Assembly: GCA_029866325.1 (NCBI GenBank) | Contig: JARWZO010000005.1 | Coordinates: 215,049 to 279,048 of the forward strand | Source of the DNA: Fluviicola sp. | GTDB taxonomy: Bacteria; Bacteroidota; Bacteroidia; Flavobacteriales_D; Crocinitomicaceae | Length of the DNA: 64,000 bases | Direction of reading: 5' to 3' | In this document: positions 45,845 to 56,185 of the stretch, piece by piece | Layout of the letters: every line of letters starts with the position of its first letter | How positions within the stretch are numbered: the stretch's first letter is position 1 | The notes under the pieces: model-generated | Database searches by the model: none | The model's input: only the letters and a program-made list of their open reading frames with translations | Told to the model about the DNA's origin: nothing | Translations under genes and position numbers: made by a program

Positions 45845-48800
45845 TACAAACCACCTAAGTTGTAACGGAATCGAAGACCCGTACTCATGTTTCCTGTAGG
45901 ATAAGACGTTGCAATTTTCGGCGTGGTGATCACTTGGTCGTAGTAAAGCTGAATCGTGAGGTTGTTCCCCAGATTATAATCTACCGACGATTTGATGGAA
46001 ACCACACGCTGACCTGCCGTTGCCTGATTGGTTCCTTCTACAATTTTACGAATCACCGTAAGGTTATCGCGGAATGTGAAATCGAAACGAATGTTCAACG
46101 GATTCTCAGGTTTTTTGCCACGTACTTTAAAAGGCAATTGTACTTTTTCAAATTTGTACCCCGTTCCGATTACGAACTCACTACCCATCACCTCAGTTAC
46201 CTGATTGTTGTTCAATGAAAGCGTTGCGCTGCGGTCTTTTTTGTACTCGAACTTGGTAATCAATCCTTGTCCGTTTACATTCCAAGTTGCATCTACTCCA
46301 ATCAGCGGCGAGAAACGTTCTGAAATGGTTACCGATTGCACGTTGTTGCGCGGAATGAAGTTGTCGTTCAAATCAAGTGCTGAAATATCGCCGTTCGCGT
46401 CAAGTGTGGCAAGTAAATTTGATTGTACACCTGCCATGGTCACATTAGAAGAGTACCCGTGACGAACCACAAAGTTTTTCACGTATTTCTTCATGAACTC
46501 AAACTTGGTAAGACCGTTGTAGTTAACTGTCCAGTTTGGCAATGGCATCGATTTAAACGGATTCGTCGTACGCTCCGAAACGCTTGTTTTGGTATATGCC
46601 GTTAAGAATGCTCCAATCACTACTTCTTGCTGTGATAAGCCATAACCGTCGGCATAACCGCTGCTTGTAGTTGTCGAATTACTGTTTTGAGCTCCCAAGA
46701 ATTGAGACACCAATTCGGTATTGCCACGCAAGTTATTAAAGTTAGTTGATGTGTAACCCGAGCCCAATTTCGTAAATGCCGAGCGAATGGAAATGGTTGA
46801 ATACGTTAAGGTAGAAATCTGCATACGACTTTGCGATTCGAACACGGCGTTGTCTTCATTCCAACGGAAGAAATCGGAGGTGTTTTTCGTCATCGTACGG
46901 TTCAGGTTCAAATCGATGGTGAAATCTTTGAACGGTTCCAATGTGCTTCGTCCGGTGATGGTTTGCGAATGCGTAATGGTATGCTGACGGTTGAGCGCAC
47001 TGTTTTGTACCAACCAACCATTGTCTGCAGCAATACGTGCGAAATCATAGCCTGTTTCTTTTCCGGTTACCGAATACGATTGCTGACCGAAAATGAAGCC
47101 GGACATTGGTGAACTCATAGCAGGATTAAATCCTAACAAACGCGCATCCTGATTATAACCCGGAAGCAAGGTTCCGTTTGTTTGAGCATACGTTCCGGAA
47201 ACATTACGAACAGTCATTAATAAGCGTCCGCCAAAGCCAACTACCGGATTTACCTTGTTGTTTTTCTTGCGTTTTTTCTCGCGCTCAAACTTGCGTTTTT
47301 TGCGGTTCCATTTGCGCAATTCCTTCTTGGTCATTTCCTCGATAGGCTTGTCGGGTTTCAGTTCTTCTTCCACTACAGGTTTATCAGCAGCTTCGGATTT
47401 ACCGCCACCGCCATCTGAACCTGCGGCAGCTCTTCTTCCACCTTTTCCGTCGCCGTTGATCTTTTTCAGGAAGGCAACTTTGTTGTAAAGATTGGTGAAA
47501 TTGGCCTGACCCTGTGCATTGATCGTACGGCTGTTTTGAACCATATTTCCGAAATTCTTGGATGGATCGTTTGGTTTTCCATCTGATCCTATATCTCCTT
47601 GTCCAAGAGCGGCGCGTTGCCAGTTGTAAGTTCCGGAGTATTTCACGTTACCGGAAATCCAGTCAAGTGCCGGGATTTTATCAAACGGAAGGGTGTAGGC
47701 AATGCTGTAATCGTGCGTGTAATCCATGGTTTTACCCAACGTACGCATTTGGTTCCAAACCGTATCTTTGAATTCACGGTAACTGGTAGGGTCTGCCTTA
47801 CGGTCAACGATACCGTTTTTTTCGTCAAACAACGAGCGGTTATTGGCATTGAAGGTTCCTTTGAGGTTTTTGGTGAAATCCCAACCCAATTTGTAATTAC
47901 GGTTCCACGTAAAGTTTTTCACGTAAACCGGCTGGAACACGAATGTCTGATCGATGTTATTGCGAATCTGGCGCTCGTTGTAATTACGCACCATATCATT
48001 CGTAAACGAAATGTTTTTAGGAAGTGGTGACAGACTGATATCACGAACGATTGCCCACCATTTCGATTTCTGCATGAACGGTACTTTCTTGAATGGTTCA
48101 TACGGTTTAGCACTAAAGCTATATGCGTAATTCAATCCACCTTTCCATACTTTGGTACGGTCGTAATTGGTGTTGAAATCGCGGTGTAAGTTTTCACTAT
48201 AGGCATAAGAAGCTGTCCAGTTGGAAATGTCAAAGAAGTGTGCTTTTTTACCTGCTGCACGTTCTTTGCGAACCCCTTGGAAATTGTACGAACGACGTTC
48301 TGTGAAATCTTGCCCTAAACGAGCACGCTCTTTTCGTGTTGCTGCGTCGTAGGCTTTCAGTTTCGTATCCGGATTGTACGGATCGTATTCAGGATTAATG
48401 ATTCCCAATGAATAACCGTAGAAGAACGGAACCGAAATTTTCAAGCGATTGCCAAGGAATTGACCCAATTGCATGGTGGACTGGAAGTCGAAACCAATTT
48501 TTTCATTTCGCTGACGATCTTGAACACGACTGTCTACTGCTCCCCAGTTGATGCCACTGTAGTTTCCTGACATAGAAACATTGGCAAAGTCGGCAGCTTG
48601 TAATTGCATTTGAGCTACCGCTGCTGAACCACCGTCGTCTACGAAATCGGTTAAGCGCAATTCATTCACCCAAACTTCCACACATTTCGCCAAACCGTCG
48701 TCAGTATTCGGATTAGCATTCTTGTTTGGATTTCTAATTCCCACCATGACCGTCCGAATGCCTTGAAGATTAGGATTACCCTTTACTTTAATAAAGCGTG

Positions 48801-51800
48801 CACTGTTATTCGGATCAGGGATAACATATTCAACAGTTGTAGAAACATTGGAGCCACTTCCGGTAAGCTCATTTCGACGCATTTTTAGGTTGATGAGGTC
48901 GTCGAAGACAATTTCGAGGTCATTGTTTGTAGGCCAAATACTTTCAGGTGTGGTAGATCCCCACGGAGTAAGTGACAACGGCATTTCATATTCGTAATAG
49001 TTATCAGTAAAGTCTGTTCCCAAACGCACAAATACGGTAACGTCATTATCTTTCAGCGAGTTTGGTGTTTTCTCTTCACCGTGCACAAACATTTTCAATT
49101 TTTTGTACGTACGCACATCGAATTGTACATTTCGGTATGCGGCACGTGCATCGCCGTCTTGTAAACCACATACGTTTAATGCAAGTGATTGCTCGTTCAT
49201 CTGACGTTGGTATGGTTGCGACGGATCCACCTCACGAATAATTCCCGGAGGAATTTCGTATTTCACTGGCGATTTCTGATCATTTTCTTCAACGTTTACA
49301 GCTCCGATGTTGAAGTCTGTAAGATTTGGGTCAACTTGCACACCATCGCCCGGTTGCGTCAAATCCAACAGGTACTGACGCCATTCACCACGGATGAATT
49401 CCAAACGTGCGAAACGCAACAATACTTCTTCATCGAAACCTTTCATGAACATACGCATGAAACGAATAGAACGGAAATCACGGATTCCATTTACCGTTCT
49501 TTCCGGAGCTCTTACCGGAATTTTGAATTGGTACCAACGCTCGGTTTTTGAACCGTTTTGGTAAATCTGCACGTTGGTAATAAAGTTTTGTCCTACTACC
49601 ATGTCTTGTGGACGCAAACTCACACGGTATTGGAAATACGCCTCAGATTCAGCCAAGTTATTGTCTTGATTGATGTCTTCCAAATCGGGCATGTTGGTAG
49701 CAGCAGTTGTATACTTGTCGACGTTCATGGTGTCCGACATTTCCGGAGTAGCAGCATTGCCTTGCATTCCGTTATAACGTTTATAGCGTTGCAAGATATT
49801 TAATTGCTCGGCGTCATAATTGTCATCGCGGTAGAAGTTATAATCATCATTCGAAGGGTCGGCGATCATACGGTTTTTCGTTGCTTGATCCAGCGTTCCG
49901 TTTGTTTGTACCCAAGTCACATAAGAGGCATAAGCAGTTCGCTCACGATCATTGTTGTAACCATCCAGTCCCACATCCTGATTGATCCGGTTGTTCGGAT
50001 CGGTATCGAATGCATTTACTACCGTTTGCTGATTGGTTACACGTGCCCACGGAGTGAAATCCGTATTGTCATCACTACCATTGGCAGGTAATCCGTTTTC
50101 AGAAGATTTACGCGAATCGGCCAAGACGTCTTCCGACATATTTCCAAGGTTGAAATACAAATCTCCACCGTTGTGCGGACCCGGATTTACGTTTTCAGCA
50201 TCATCGTTAAACGGATCCAATACCCAAAACTGAATGTACTCGATATTGGCTTGCTCGAAGTCGTTTGTGCTCAAGGCACGCATGATTCCTCCCCAACGTT
50301 CTTCAGGATTGGTCCAAGTACCGTCTGGATTTACCGTATTCGATTGATCGTAGTTGTACATTCCACGCTCTTTCGGGTAATAAGCCAATTCGAGCAACTG
50401 AATATTCGGAATGGAACCGTATTGTTGTTGAAGGTTCGGGAAAATGTCGGTTTGATTCACCAAACGCATACGGCTATCCGACAATTGTGACGGATCGTCT
50501 TTGATGTGCTGTGGCGTTAAGTTATTGCTTTGGTAAAACAATGGGTCGATCAGGTACCAGGCTGCTTTTGATCGCTTGAAACCGGTTGCCAGATCTTTTT
50601 GCATTCCTTCAGGGAACAAATCCGGCTGACCTTGTGGTGTAGAAGCCAATCGCCAAGCACTTGCGGTACGTAAATCGATGGTACTTTGGCTACCTTCAAA
50701 ATCGTCTAAGTATGAAATTCCGGCCTTACTAATTGCGCGCGGCGTACCGGGAATCAAATGAGCACCTTCTCCTTTGAACGTAAGGATCGATTTTTCTTTG
50801 GTCGAAATAATCGGAAGGAAATCAATGGCTTTGGTCAAAAACGGCAATTCTGTGCGGTAATTGATATCCAAACCAAGTACATTGTTTTTGTAGGGTTCCG
50901 AACCGATATCCACTTTTTGGGTTACCGGACGTTCCATCATCCGCATCCAGGTAGCCCCGATGTTGAAGTCTTTACTGAAACGGTAATTCAGGTGTGTTCC
51001 GAGCAATGATTTTGCCTGGAATCCGAATACGGAGTTACTTTCGATGGAAATTTTGATCGGGGTATTCGATTCCAAAATTCCTGTGTTAAGGATTTTTACG
51101 CGACCTAAATTGTAGTCAACGGTATAATCTTGACCTTCAACCAAATTGATTCCTCCTGCGGTTACGGTAACTGCTCCTTCGGGAACGTTCAGTGCGTTGA
51201 GCGGAATATCGGAAGACACCGAAGATTGGTATTCTCCTTTGAAAAGGAAACGGTTTTTACTTGGAATTTGCTGAGCCGCCGTTTTGGTTGAATCGTACAA
51301 TTCGGTATAGGCAATTCGGTCGATAATGATATCCGGAATACCTTCGGCTTGCATTTTTTGCTCTAATTTTCTACCAAAAGGTTCCACTGATGTAAAGAAA
51401 ATTCGACCATTTCGTGTGTTGATCGTACCACCGGTTTCTGCTTTATTTCCTGTATAAGTCACTGGAATGAAGTCGAAAACCCCGTCAGAGAAATTTTGAT
51501 TATTGATGTTGTAACGATCCATGTCAATCATCGACACAATTTGCTCATCATCCAACCCATCGAATGGGAAATACGGAATCGGAACACTGGTTTCGGGATT
51601 GTTGTACATGATATTCAAACGGAATCCTTCTTTATCAACCTGATAAGCTCCAATGGAATACACGTTTTTCATCATCAAATCCCAAACACTGATGGTAGGA
51701 TTGGTAATGGTGGGCTTCAACAATTTGAGGAATAAAGCTTCCTGACCGGCAATACCATCAGTCGAGAATTCACCGACTTGATACGTTTGACCACGATAGG

Positions 51801-53196
51801 TATATTCGTAAGCCACGGCCAATACTTCATCGTTGTTCAACGGCTGGTTTAAGGAAATGAAACCCAACAACGCATTGTAACTGAATTCCGATTCGGTGAG
51901 TTTACGCGCGTTCTCTACTTTTTCGTAGTGAATGGCTTGCTGAAATGGGCCTGGTGTTGCTGCTTGTCCGCTCAATGTGCTCACAGCAGAATTGAAATTA
52001 CGCACACTTGCCTGACTCGCTAACCACGGGTACAAACCATTTGATTCGTTGTCGGGTAAATCCTGAGGGGCAAATCCGCCCGGATTTCCTTCACAGTTTT
52101 CCGGCTTGGCTTCTCCCAAATCAGAAAATGCCAAAATGTTACGGGTGTTTTCGGTATTGTTTACACGATTGGTCAACCACACCTCCATACGAGTGATGTA
52201 AGTTTCGGCAGCAACGTTTGGCAATTGCGCCATAGAATTATCGTACTGATCGTGGAAGTATAAATTCACGAAATAGTGACGGTTGGCTTCGTAGTTGTCG
52301 GCCGAAACTTCAAACGGCTGCACTTGAGCCTTTCCGGTAATATTGATTTCCTGACGTTTTCCTTTCGAAGAGGCGGCAATTCCGTCGACGGTCAAATTCC
52401 CGAAACGCAATTTGGTGTAAGCTCCGAAAAGCGTTTGTGAACCGGGGATAAGTGAAGTTTGCATTGGCATGGAAACATTCCCCAATTCGATGCGCTGCAT
52501 GATCTGATCTTCATCACCCGAATAACCGAGTTTGGTAATATTGTCGAAGTCGAAAGCAGCTTGAGTATTGTAACTTGTGTTGAGTTTCAGTTTGGTTCCG
52601 ATTTGTCCTACGAGATTCATTTGAATCTGCTGCTGGAAGTCAAAACGGGTAATGCGGCGCTGTTTTACCGGAAGCAACGGATTGTCATAACGCGAGGAGT
52701 TGACCCCAAACGACAATTCAACGCTACCTTGTGGGCGGATGGTAATTTCATCCGATCCGAAGAAACTTTCAAAGGCTTTCCCGGGGATTTTAATCGGGAA
52801 CTCTAGCGCACGGTCTTCCTCGGTTTGTTCGTCGATTTTACCTTTCCAGTTTTCTTTGAGTGTTTTCTGACGTTCATACTCGAGGTATTCTTCGAGTGTC
52901 ATCATCGATGGATTGCGGTAATTGAGGTTGGAACCTCCAATGGTTTCTTTGAAGACGTAGGTTCCGGTAACAGGATCAAAAACAATGGTTTGCTTCATGT
53001 TGGTGGGATCACCAAGGTCAAAACTTTGTGGATTGTTTAGGGTAGGATCCTGCGGATTGGTAATCGGGAAAGGTAGTGTTACCTCGTTACTGTCAGGCTG
53101 AGCCAAAGCAATCGGCGTCAGCAAGCAACCTCCTACAACGATAAAGATGAGTTGTAGCAAGGCAGCGTAATAGTTAGCGACTTTTTTCTGTTCCAA
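45844..53196 (-). CDS. sprA: T9SS outer-membrane translocon SprA (Sov)
   Basis: 2450 aa; FDFQQQIQMNLVGQIG, FEVSADNYEANRHYF, IRFMRMF and WVNELRL; follows ruvA as in other Bacteroidota. Confidence 0.95.
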   Translation of the reverse strand: MEQKKVANYYAALLQLIFIVVGGCLLTPIALAQPDSNEVTLPFPITNPQDPTLNNPQSFDLGDPTNMKQTIVFDPVTGTYVFKETIGGSNLNYRNPSMMTLEEYLEYERQKTLKENWKGKIDEQTEEDRALEFPIKIPGKAFESFFGSDEITIRPQGSVELSFGVNSSRYDNPLLPVKQRRITRFDFQQQIQMNLVGQIGTKLKLNTSYNTQAAFDFDNITKLGYSGDEDQIMQRIELGNVSMPMQTSLIPGSQTLFGAYTKLRFGNLTVDGIAASSKGKRQEINITGKAQVQPFEVSADNYEANRHYFVNLYFHDQYDNSMAQLPNVAAETYITRMEVWLTNRVNNTENTRNILAFSDLGEAKPENCEGNPGGFAPQDLPDNESNGLYPWLASQASVRNFNSAVSTLSGQAATPGPFQQAIHYEKVENARKLTESEFSYNALLGFISLNQPLNNDEVLAVAYEYTYRGQTYQVGEFSTDGIAGQEALFLKLLKPTITNPTISVWDLMMKNVYSIGAYQVDKEGFRLNIMYNNPETSVPIPYFPFDGLDDEQIVSMIDMDRYNINNQNFSDGVFDFIPVTYTGNKAETGGTINTRNGRIFFTSVEPFGRKLEQKMQAEGIPDIIIDRIAYTELYDSTKTAAQQIPSKNRFLFKGEYQSSVSSDIPLNALNVPEGAVTVTAGGINLVEGQDYTVDYNLGRVKILNTGILESNTPIKISIESNSVFGFQAKSLLGTHLNYRFSKDFNIGATWMRMMERPVTQKVDIGSEPYKNNVLGLDINYRTELPFLTKAIDFLPIISTKEKSILTFKGEGAHLIPGTPRAISKAGISYLDDFEGSQSTIDLRTASAWRLASTPQGQPDLFPEGMQKDLATGFKRSKAAWYLIDPLFYQSNNLTPQHIKDDPSQLSDSRMRLVNQTDIFPNLQQQYGSIPNIQLLELAYYPKERGMYNYDQSNTVNPDGTWTNPEERWGGIMRALSTNDFEQANIEYIQFWVLDPFNDDAENVNPGPHNGGDLYFNLGNMSEDVLADSRKSSENGLPANGSDDNTDFTPWARVTNQQTVVNAFDTDPNNRINQDVGLDGYNNDRERTAYASYVTWVQTNGTLDQATKNRMIADPSNDDYNFYRDDNYDAEQLNILQRYKRYNGMQGNAATPEMSDTMNVDKYTTAATNMPDLEDINQDNNLAESEAYFQYRVSLRPQDMVVGQNFITNVQIYQNGSKTERWYQFKIPVRAPERTVNGIRDFRSIRFMRMFMKGFDEEVLLRFARLEFIRGEWRQYLLDLTQPGDGVQVDPNLTDFNIGAVNVEENDQKSPVKYEIPPGIIREVDPSQPYQRQMNEQSLALNVCGLQDGDARAAYRNVQFDVRTYKKLKMFVHGEEKTPNSLKDNDVTVFVRLGTDFTDNYYEYEMPLSLTPWGSTTPESIWPTNNDLEIVFDDLINLKMRRNELTGSGSNVSTTVEYVIPDPNNSARFIKVKGNPNLQGIRTVMVGIRNPNKNANPNTDDGLAKCVEVWVNELRLTDFVDDGGSAAVAQMQLQAADFANVSMSGNYSGINWGAVDSRVQDRQRNEKIGFDFQSTMQLGQFLGNRLKISVPFFYGYSLGIINPEYDPYNPDTKLKAYDAATRKERARLGQDFTERRSYNFQGVRKERAAGKKAHFFDISNWTASYAYSENLHRDFNTNYDRTKVWKGGLNYAYSFSAKPYEPFKKVPFMQKSKWWAIVRDISLSPLPKNISFTNDMVRNYNERQIRNNIDQTFVFQPVYVKNFTWNRNYKLGWDFTKNLKGTFNANNRSLFDEKNGIVDRKADPTSYREFKDTVWNQMRTLGKTMDYTHDYSIAYTLPFDKIPALDWISGNVKYSGTYNWQRAALGQGDIGSDGKPNDPSKNFGNMVQNSRTINAQGQANFTNLYNKVAFLKKINGDGKGGRRAAAGSDGGGGKSEAADKPVVEEELKPDKPIEEMTKKELRKWNRKKRKFEREKKRKKNNKVNPVVGFGGRLLMTVRNVSGTYAQTNGTLLPGYNQDARLLGFNPAMSSPMSGFIFGQQSYSVTGKETGYDFARIAADNGWLVQNSALNRQHTITHSQTITGRSTLEPFKDFTIDLNLNRTMTKNTSDFFRWNEDNAVFESQSRMQISTLTYSTISIRSAFTKLGSGYTSTNFNNLRGNTELVSQFLGAQNSNSTTTSSGYADGYGLSQQEVVIGAFLTAYTKTSVSERTTNPFKSMPLPNWTVNYNGLTKFEFMKKYVKNFVVRHGYSSNVTMAGVQSNLLATLDANGDISALDLNDNFIPRNNVQSVTISERFSPLIGVDATWNVNGQGLITKFEYKKDRSATLSLNNNQVTEVMGSEFVIGTGYKFEKVQLPFKVRGKKPENPLNIRFDFTFRDNLTVIRKIVEGTNQATAGQRVVSIKSSVDYNLGNNLTIQLYYDQVITTPKIATSYPTGNMSTGLRFRYNLGGL

Positions 53197-53199
53197 GTG

Positions 53200-53778
53200 T
53201 TACAATATTTTCAAGGCTCCTTTGATCAATTCTTCAACTGACTCGGCTCCGGTTGCAATTTTTTCAATAGCTTTTTCCGCGGCTTTTTTATCAAAACCTA
53301 AGGAAATCAAAGCTGTTAACGCATCAAATCGATTAGTATTGTGACCGACAAAAATATTTGTGCCTGCTCCCCATTCCACTTTTATCATTTTGTCTTTCAA
53401 GTCGATAATGACACGTTGGGCAGTTTTTGCTCCAATTCCTTTGATGGATTGGATAGTCAGCACGTCGTCGGTTTGAATAGCTTGTGCTATTTCTGTAGGT
53501 TGCAGCGATGAAAGCATGAGAATGGCTGTGTTGGGGCCAATTCCAGAAACGGACAACAGCAAGTTGAATAACTCACGTTCTTCCAATGTTGCAAACCCGA
53601 ATAACAAGTGAGCGTCTTCGCGAATAATTTGTTGGGTAAAGAGTTTCAATTGTTCATCAGAACCCAATGCAGAAAAGGTGTTGAGCGAAATTTTCACATA
53701 ATAGCCTACACCGCCACATTCGATGATTACGTTTGTAGGATTTTTTTCTACCAGCCGGCCATTCAAGTGTGCTATCAT
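53200..53778 (-). CDS. ruvA: Holliday junction DNA helicase subunit RuvA
   Basis: ECGGVGY, IREDAHLLFGF, VSGIGP, IKGIGAKTAQR and ALISLGF. Confidence 0.97.
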   Translation of the reverse strand: MIAHLNGRLVEKNPTNVIIECGGVGYYVKISLNTFSALGSDEQLKLFTQQIIREDAHLLFGFATLEERELFNLLLSVSGIGPNTAILMLSSLQPTEIAQAIQTDDVLTIQSIKGIGAKTAQRVIIDLKDKMIKVEWGAGTNIFVGHNTNRFDALTALISLGFDKKAAEKAIEKIATGAESVEELIKGALKIL

Positions 53779-53784
53779 ACTTGC

Positions 53785-56049
53785 TTATTTGTTTTGAGCG
53801 TCAACCACGGCTACTTTCACCATGTTTACAATTTCGCGAACGGAAGATCCCATTTGCAATACGTGAATCGATTTTTTCAATCCTACCAAAATTGGTCCGA
53901 TGGCTTCACCTTCTGTGATTTCCTGCAATAATTTGTAGGCAATATTTCCGGAAGATAAATTCGGGAAGATGAGTGTATTGACTTCTTTATTGGCCAAGGT
54001 AGAGAAGGCAAACTTCTCATTCATCAATTCGTTGTTGAGGGCAAAATTTGCTTGCACTTCTCCGTCGACAATAATTGTTGGGTATTTTTCGTGCAAAATC
54101 TGAACGGCATCTGCCATTTTGATGGCATCGTTACCGACTGCCGAACCGAAATTGGAATAACTCAATAAGGCAATACGCGGTGTGACTTTGAACTTGCGCA
54201 GGGTTTTCGCCACGTTGTTGGTAATTTCGGCAATTTCCTCAGCCGTCGGATTCATATTGATGGTTGTATCGGCTAAAAACAACGGGCCTCTTTTTGTCAT
54301 CAGGATGTAAACACCAGCTACGAGATTGACATCTTTTTGCAAACCAACCGTTTGAATTGCCGGGCGAACCACATCTCTGTAGTTACGCGTCAAGCCTGAA
54401 ATCATAGCATCGGCGTCGCCGTATTCTACCATCATTGCACCGAAATGATTGCGTTCACGCATAATCTGAATGGCTTCAAATTCGGTAATTCCTTTGCGTT
54501 TGCGTTTCTCGAAGAAAGCCTTTCCGTAGCATTGTCTGCGCGCTTTTTCGGCTTCCGATTTCGGGTCAATGATTTGAAAGTCGGAAATTTCGAGACTGTA
54601 TTCCTGAATCAGCGATTCAATCATTTTGAGATTTCCAAGAAGAATCGGTGTACAAACACCTTCTTCGGCAGCAGTTTGAGCAGCTTTCAGAATTTTCAGA
54701 TTATCGGCTTCGGCAAACACAACACGTTTCGGGTTGAGTTGTGCTTTTTCGGTGATGTTTCGCACCAATTTGTTGTCGAGACCCAATCGTTTTTTCAACT
54801 CCGTTTCGTAGTCGTCCCAATTGGCAATGGGTTTTCTGGCTACGCCGGAATCCATGGCTGCTTTTGCAACTGCCGGAGCAACGGAGTAAATAAGTCGCGG
54901 GTCAAGTGGTTTCGGAATGATTTGATCTCGTCCGAAAGCGATGTGTTTTTCGCCGTAGGCTTCGATTACTTCATCGGGAATGGTTTCTTTGGCAAGTGCC
55001 GCAATAGCAAGAACCGCAGCTAATTTCATTTCTTCATTGATCGTTGTTGCGCGTACATCCAATGCTCCTCTGAAAATGAACGGGAAACCAAGCACGTTGT
55101 TGACCTGATTAGGATGATCGGAGCGGCCGGTTGCCATAATAATATCATTGCGCACAGCCATAGCGTCTTTGTAAGATATTTCCGGCTCGGGATTCGCCAA
55201 CGCAAATACGATCGGATTTTTCGCCATTGCTGCAATCATTTCTTTAGACACCAGATTTCCTTTCGACAACCCAAGAAACACATCCATTCCTTTGAAAGCT
55301 TGTTCTAGTGCGATGTCTTTCTTGTGATGTGCATATCTTTTCTTCTCTTCATCGAGGTCGGTTCTACCGGCGTGGATCAACCCTTTGCTATCGAACATAA
55401 AGATGTTCTCTAAGCTTGCTCCGAGCGCAACATATAAACGCACGCAGGAAATAGCTGCAGCACCGGCACCCGAAATGAGTATTTTAACCTTTCCTATTTT
55501 TTTATTGGCCAATTCCAATGCATTGAGCAGGGCAGCCGAAGATATAATGGCTGTTCCATGCTGGTCATCGTGCATTACAGGAATATCCAATTCTTCTTTC
55601 AGGCGACGTTCTATCTCAAATGCTTCGGGAGCTTTGATATCTTCTAGGTTAATACCACCAAAAGTAGGAGCAATTGCTTTTACTGTTTGAATGAAAAGTT
55701 CAGGATCTTTGGCATCGATTTCAATATCAAACACATCGATATCCGCAAAGATTTTAAAGAGTAAACCTTTTCCTTCCATGACCGGTTTAGAGGCTAACGG
55801 ACCAATATCACCGAGTCCTAAAACAGCCGTACCATTCGAGATAACAGCTACTAAGTTTCCTTTGCTGGTGTATTTGTATACATCTTCGGGGTTTTCAGCG
55901 ATTTTGAGACATGGCTCCGCTACTCCCGGGGAGTAGGCAAGAGAAAGATCGCGCTGCGAAGCGTAAGGTTTCGTTGGAACGACTTCTATTTTACCTGGTC
56001 GCCCTGAGGCGTGATAATCCAATGCGTCTTGTTTGCGAATTTTTGGCAT
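53785..56049 (-). CDS. maeB: NADP-dependent malic enzyme (with a PTA-like C-terminal domain)
   Basis: LSLAYSPGVAEPC, GGINLEDI, MHDDQHGT, GAGAA and NQVNNVLGFP; start refined to MPKIRK. Confidence 0.95.
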   Translation of the reverse strand: MPKIRKQDALDYHASGRPGKIEVVPTKPYASQRDLSLAYSPGVAEPCLKIAENPEDVYKYTSKGNLVAVISNGTAVLGLGDIGPLASKPVMEGKGLLFKIFADIDVFDIEIDAKDPELFIQTVKAIAPTFGGINLEDIKAPEAFEIERRLKEELDIPVMHDDQHGTAIISSAALLNALELANKKIGKVKILISGAGAAAISCVRLYVALGASLENIFMFDSKGLIHAGRTDLDEEKKRYAHHKKDIALEQAFKGMDVFLGLSKGNLVSKEMIAAMAKNPIVFALANPEPEISYKDAMAVRNDIIMATGRSDHPNQVNNVLGFPFIFRGALDVRATTINEEMKLAAVLAIAALAKETIPDEVIEAYGEKHIAFGRDQIIPKPLDPRLIYSVAPAVAKAAMDSGVARKPIANWDDYETELKKRLGLDNKLVRNITEKAQLNPKRVVFAEADNLKILKAAQTAAEEGVCTPILLGNLKMIESLIQEYSLEISDFQIIDPKSEAEKARRQCYGKAFFEKRKRKGITEFEAIQIMRERNHFGAMMVEYGDADAMISGLTRNYRDVVRPAIQTVGLQKDVNLVAGVYILMTKRGPLFLADTTINMNPTAEEIAEITNNVAKTLRKFKVTPRIALLSYSNFGSAVGNDAIKMADAVQILHEKYPTIIVDGEVQANFALNNELMNEKFAFSTLANKEVNTLIFPNLSSGNIAYKLLQEITEGEAIGPILVGLKKSIHVLQMGSSVREIVNMVKVAVVDAQNK

Positions 56050-56127
56050 ATAAACCGTTTCGTTAAGGGGGATAAAGTTAATAAAACTAGGCAGAGTAGC
56101 CACAAGAGTTCGTAATCAAAAACAAAA

Positions 56128-56177
56128 AACCCGTCATCTGCATAAAGCGGATGACGGGTTACTCCGCCTAAGGCGGA
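56128..56177 (-). terminator. Terminator for the Omp28-T9SS gene plus an adjacent REP-like palindrome
   Basis: AACCCGTCATCTGC-ATAAA-GCGGATGACGGGTT preceded by an A run; TCCGCCTAAGGCGGA at 56163-56177. Confidence 0.7.
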
Positions 56178-56185
56178 AAGAAGTA

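Noticed and set aside
54445-55023. 192-aa plus-strand ORF within maeB
   Set aside because: Antisense to a well-supported conserved gene; no motif.
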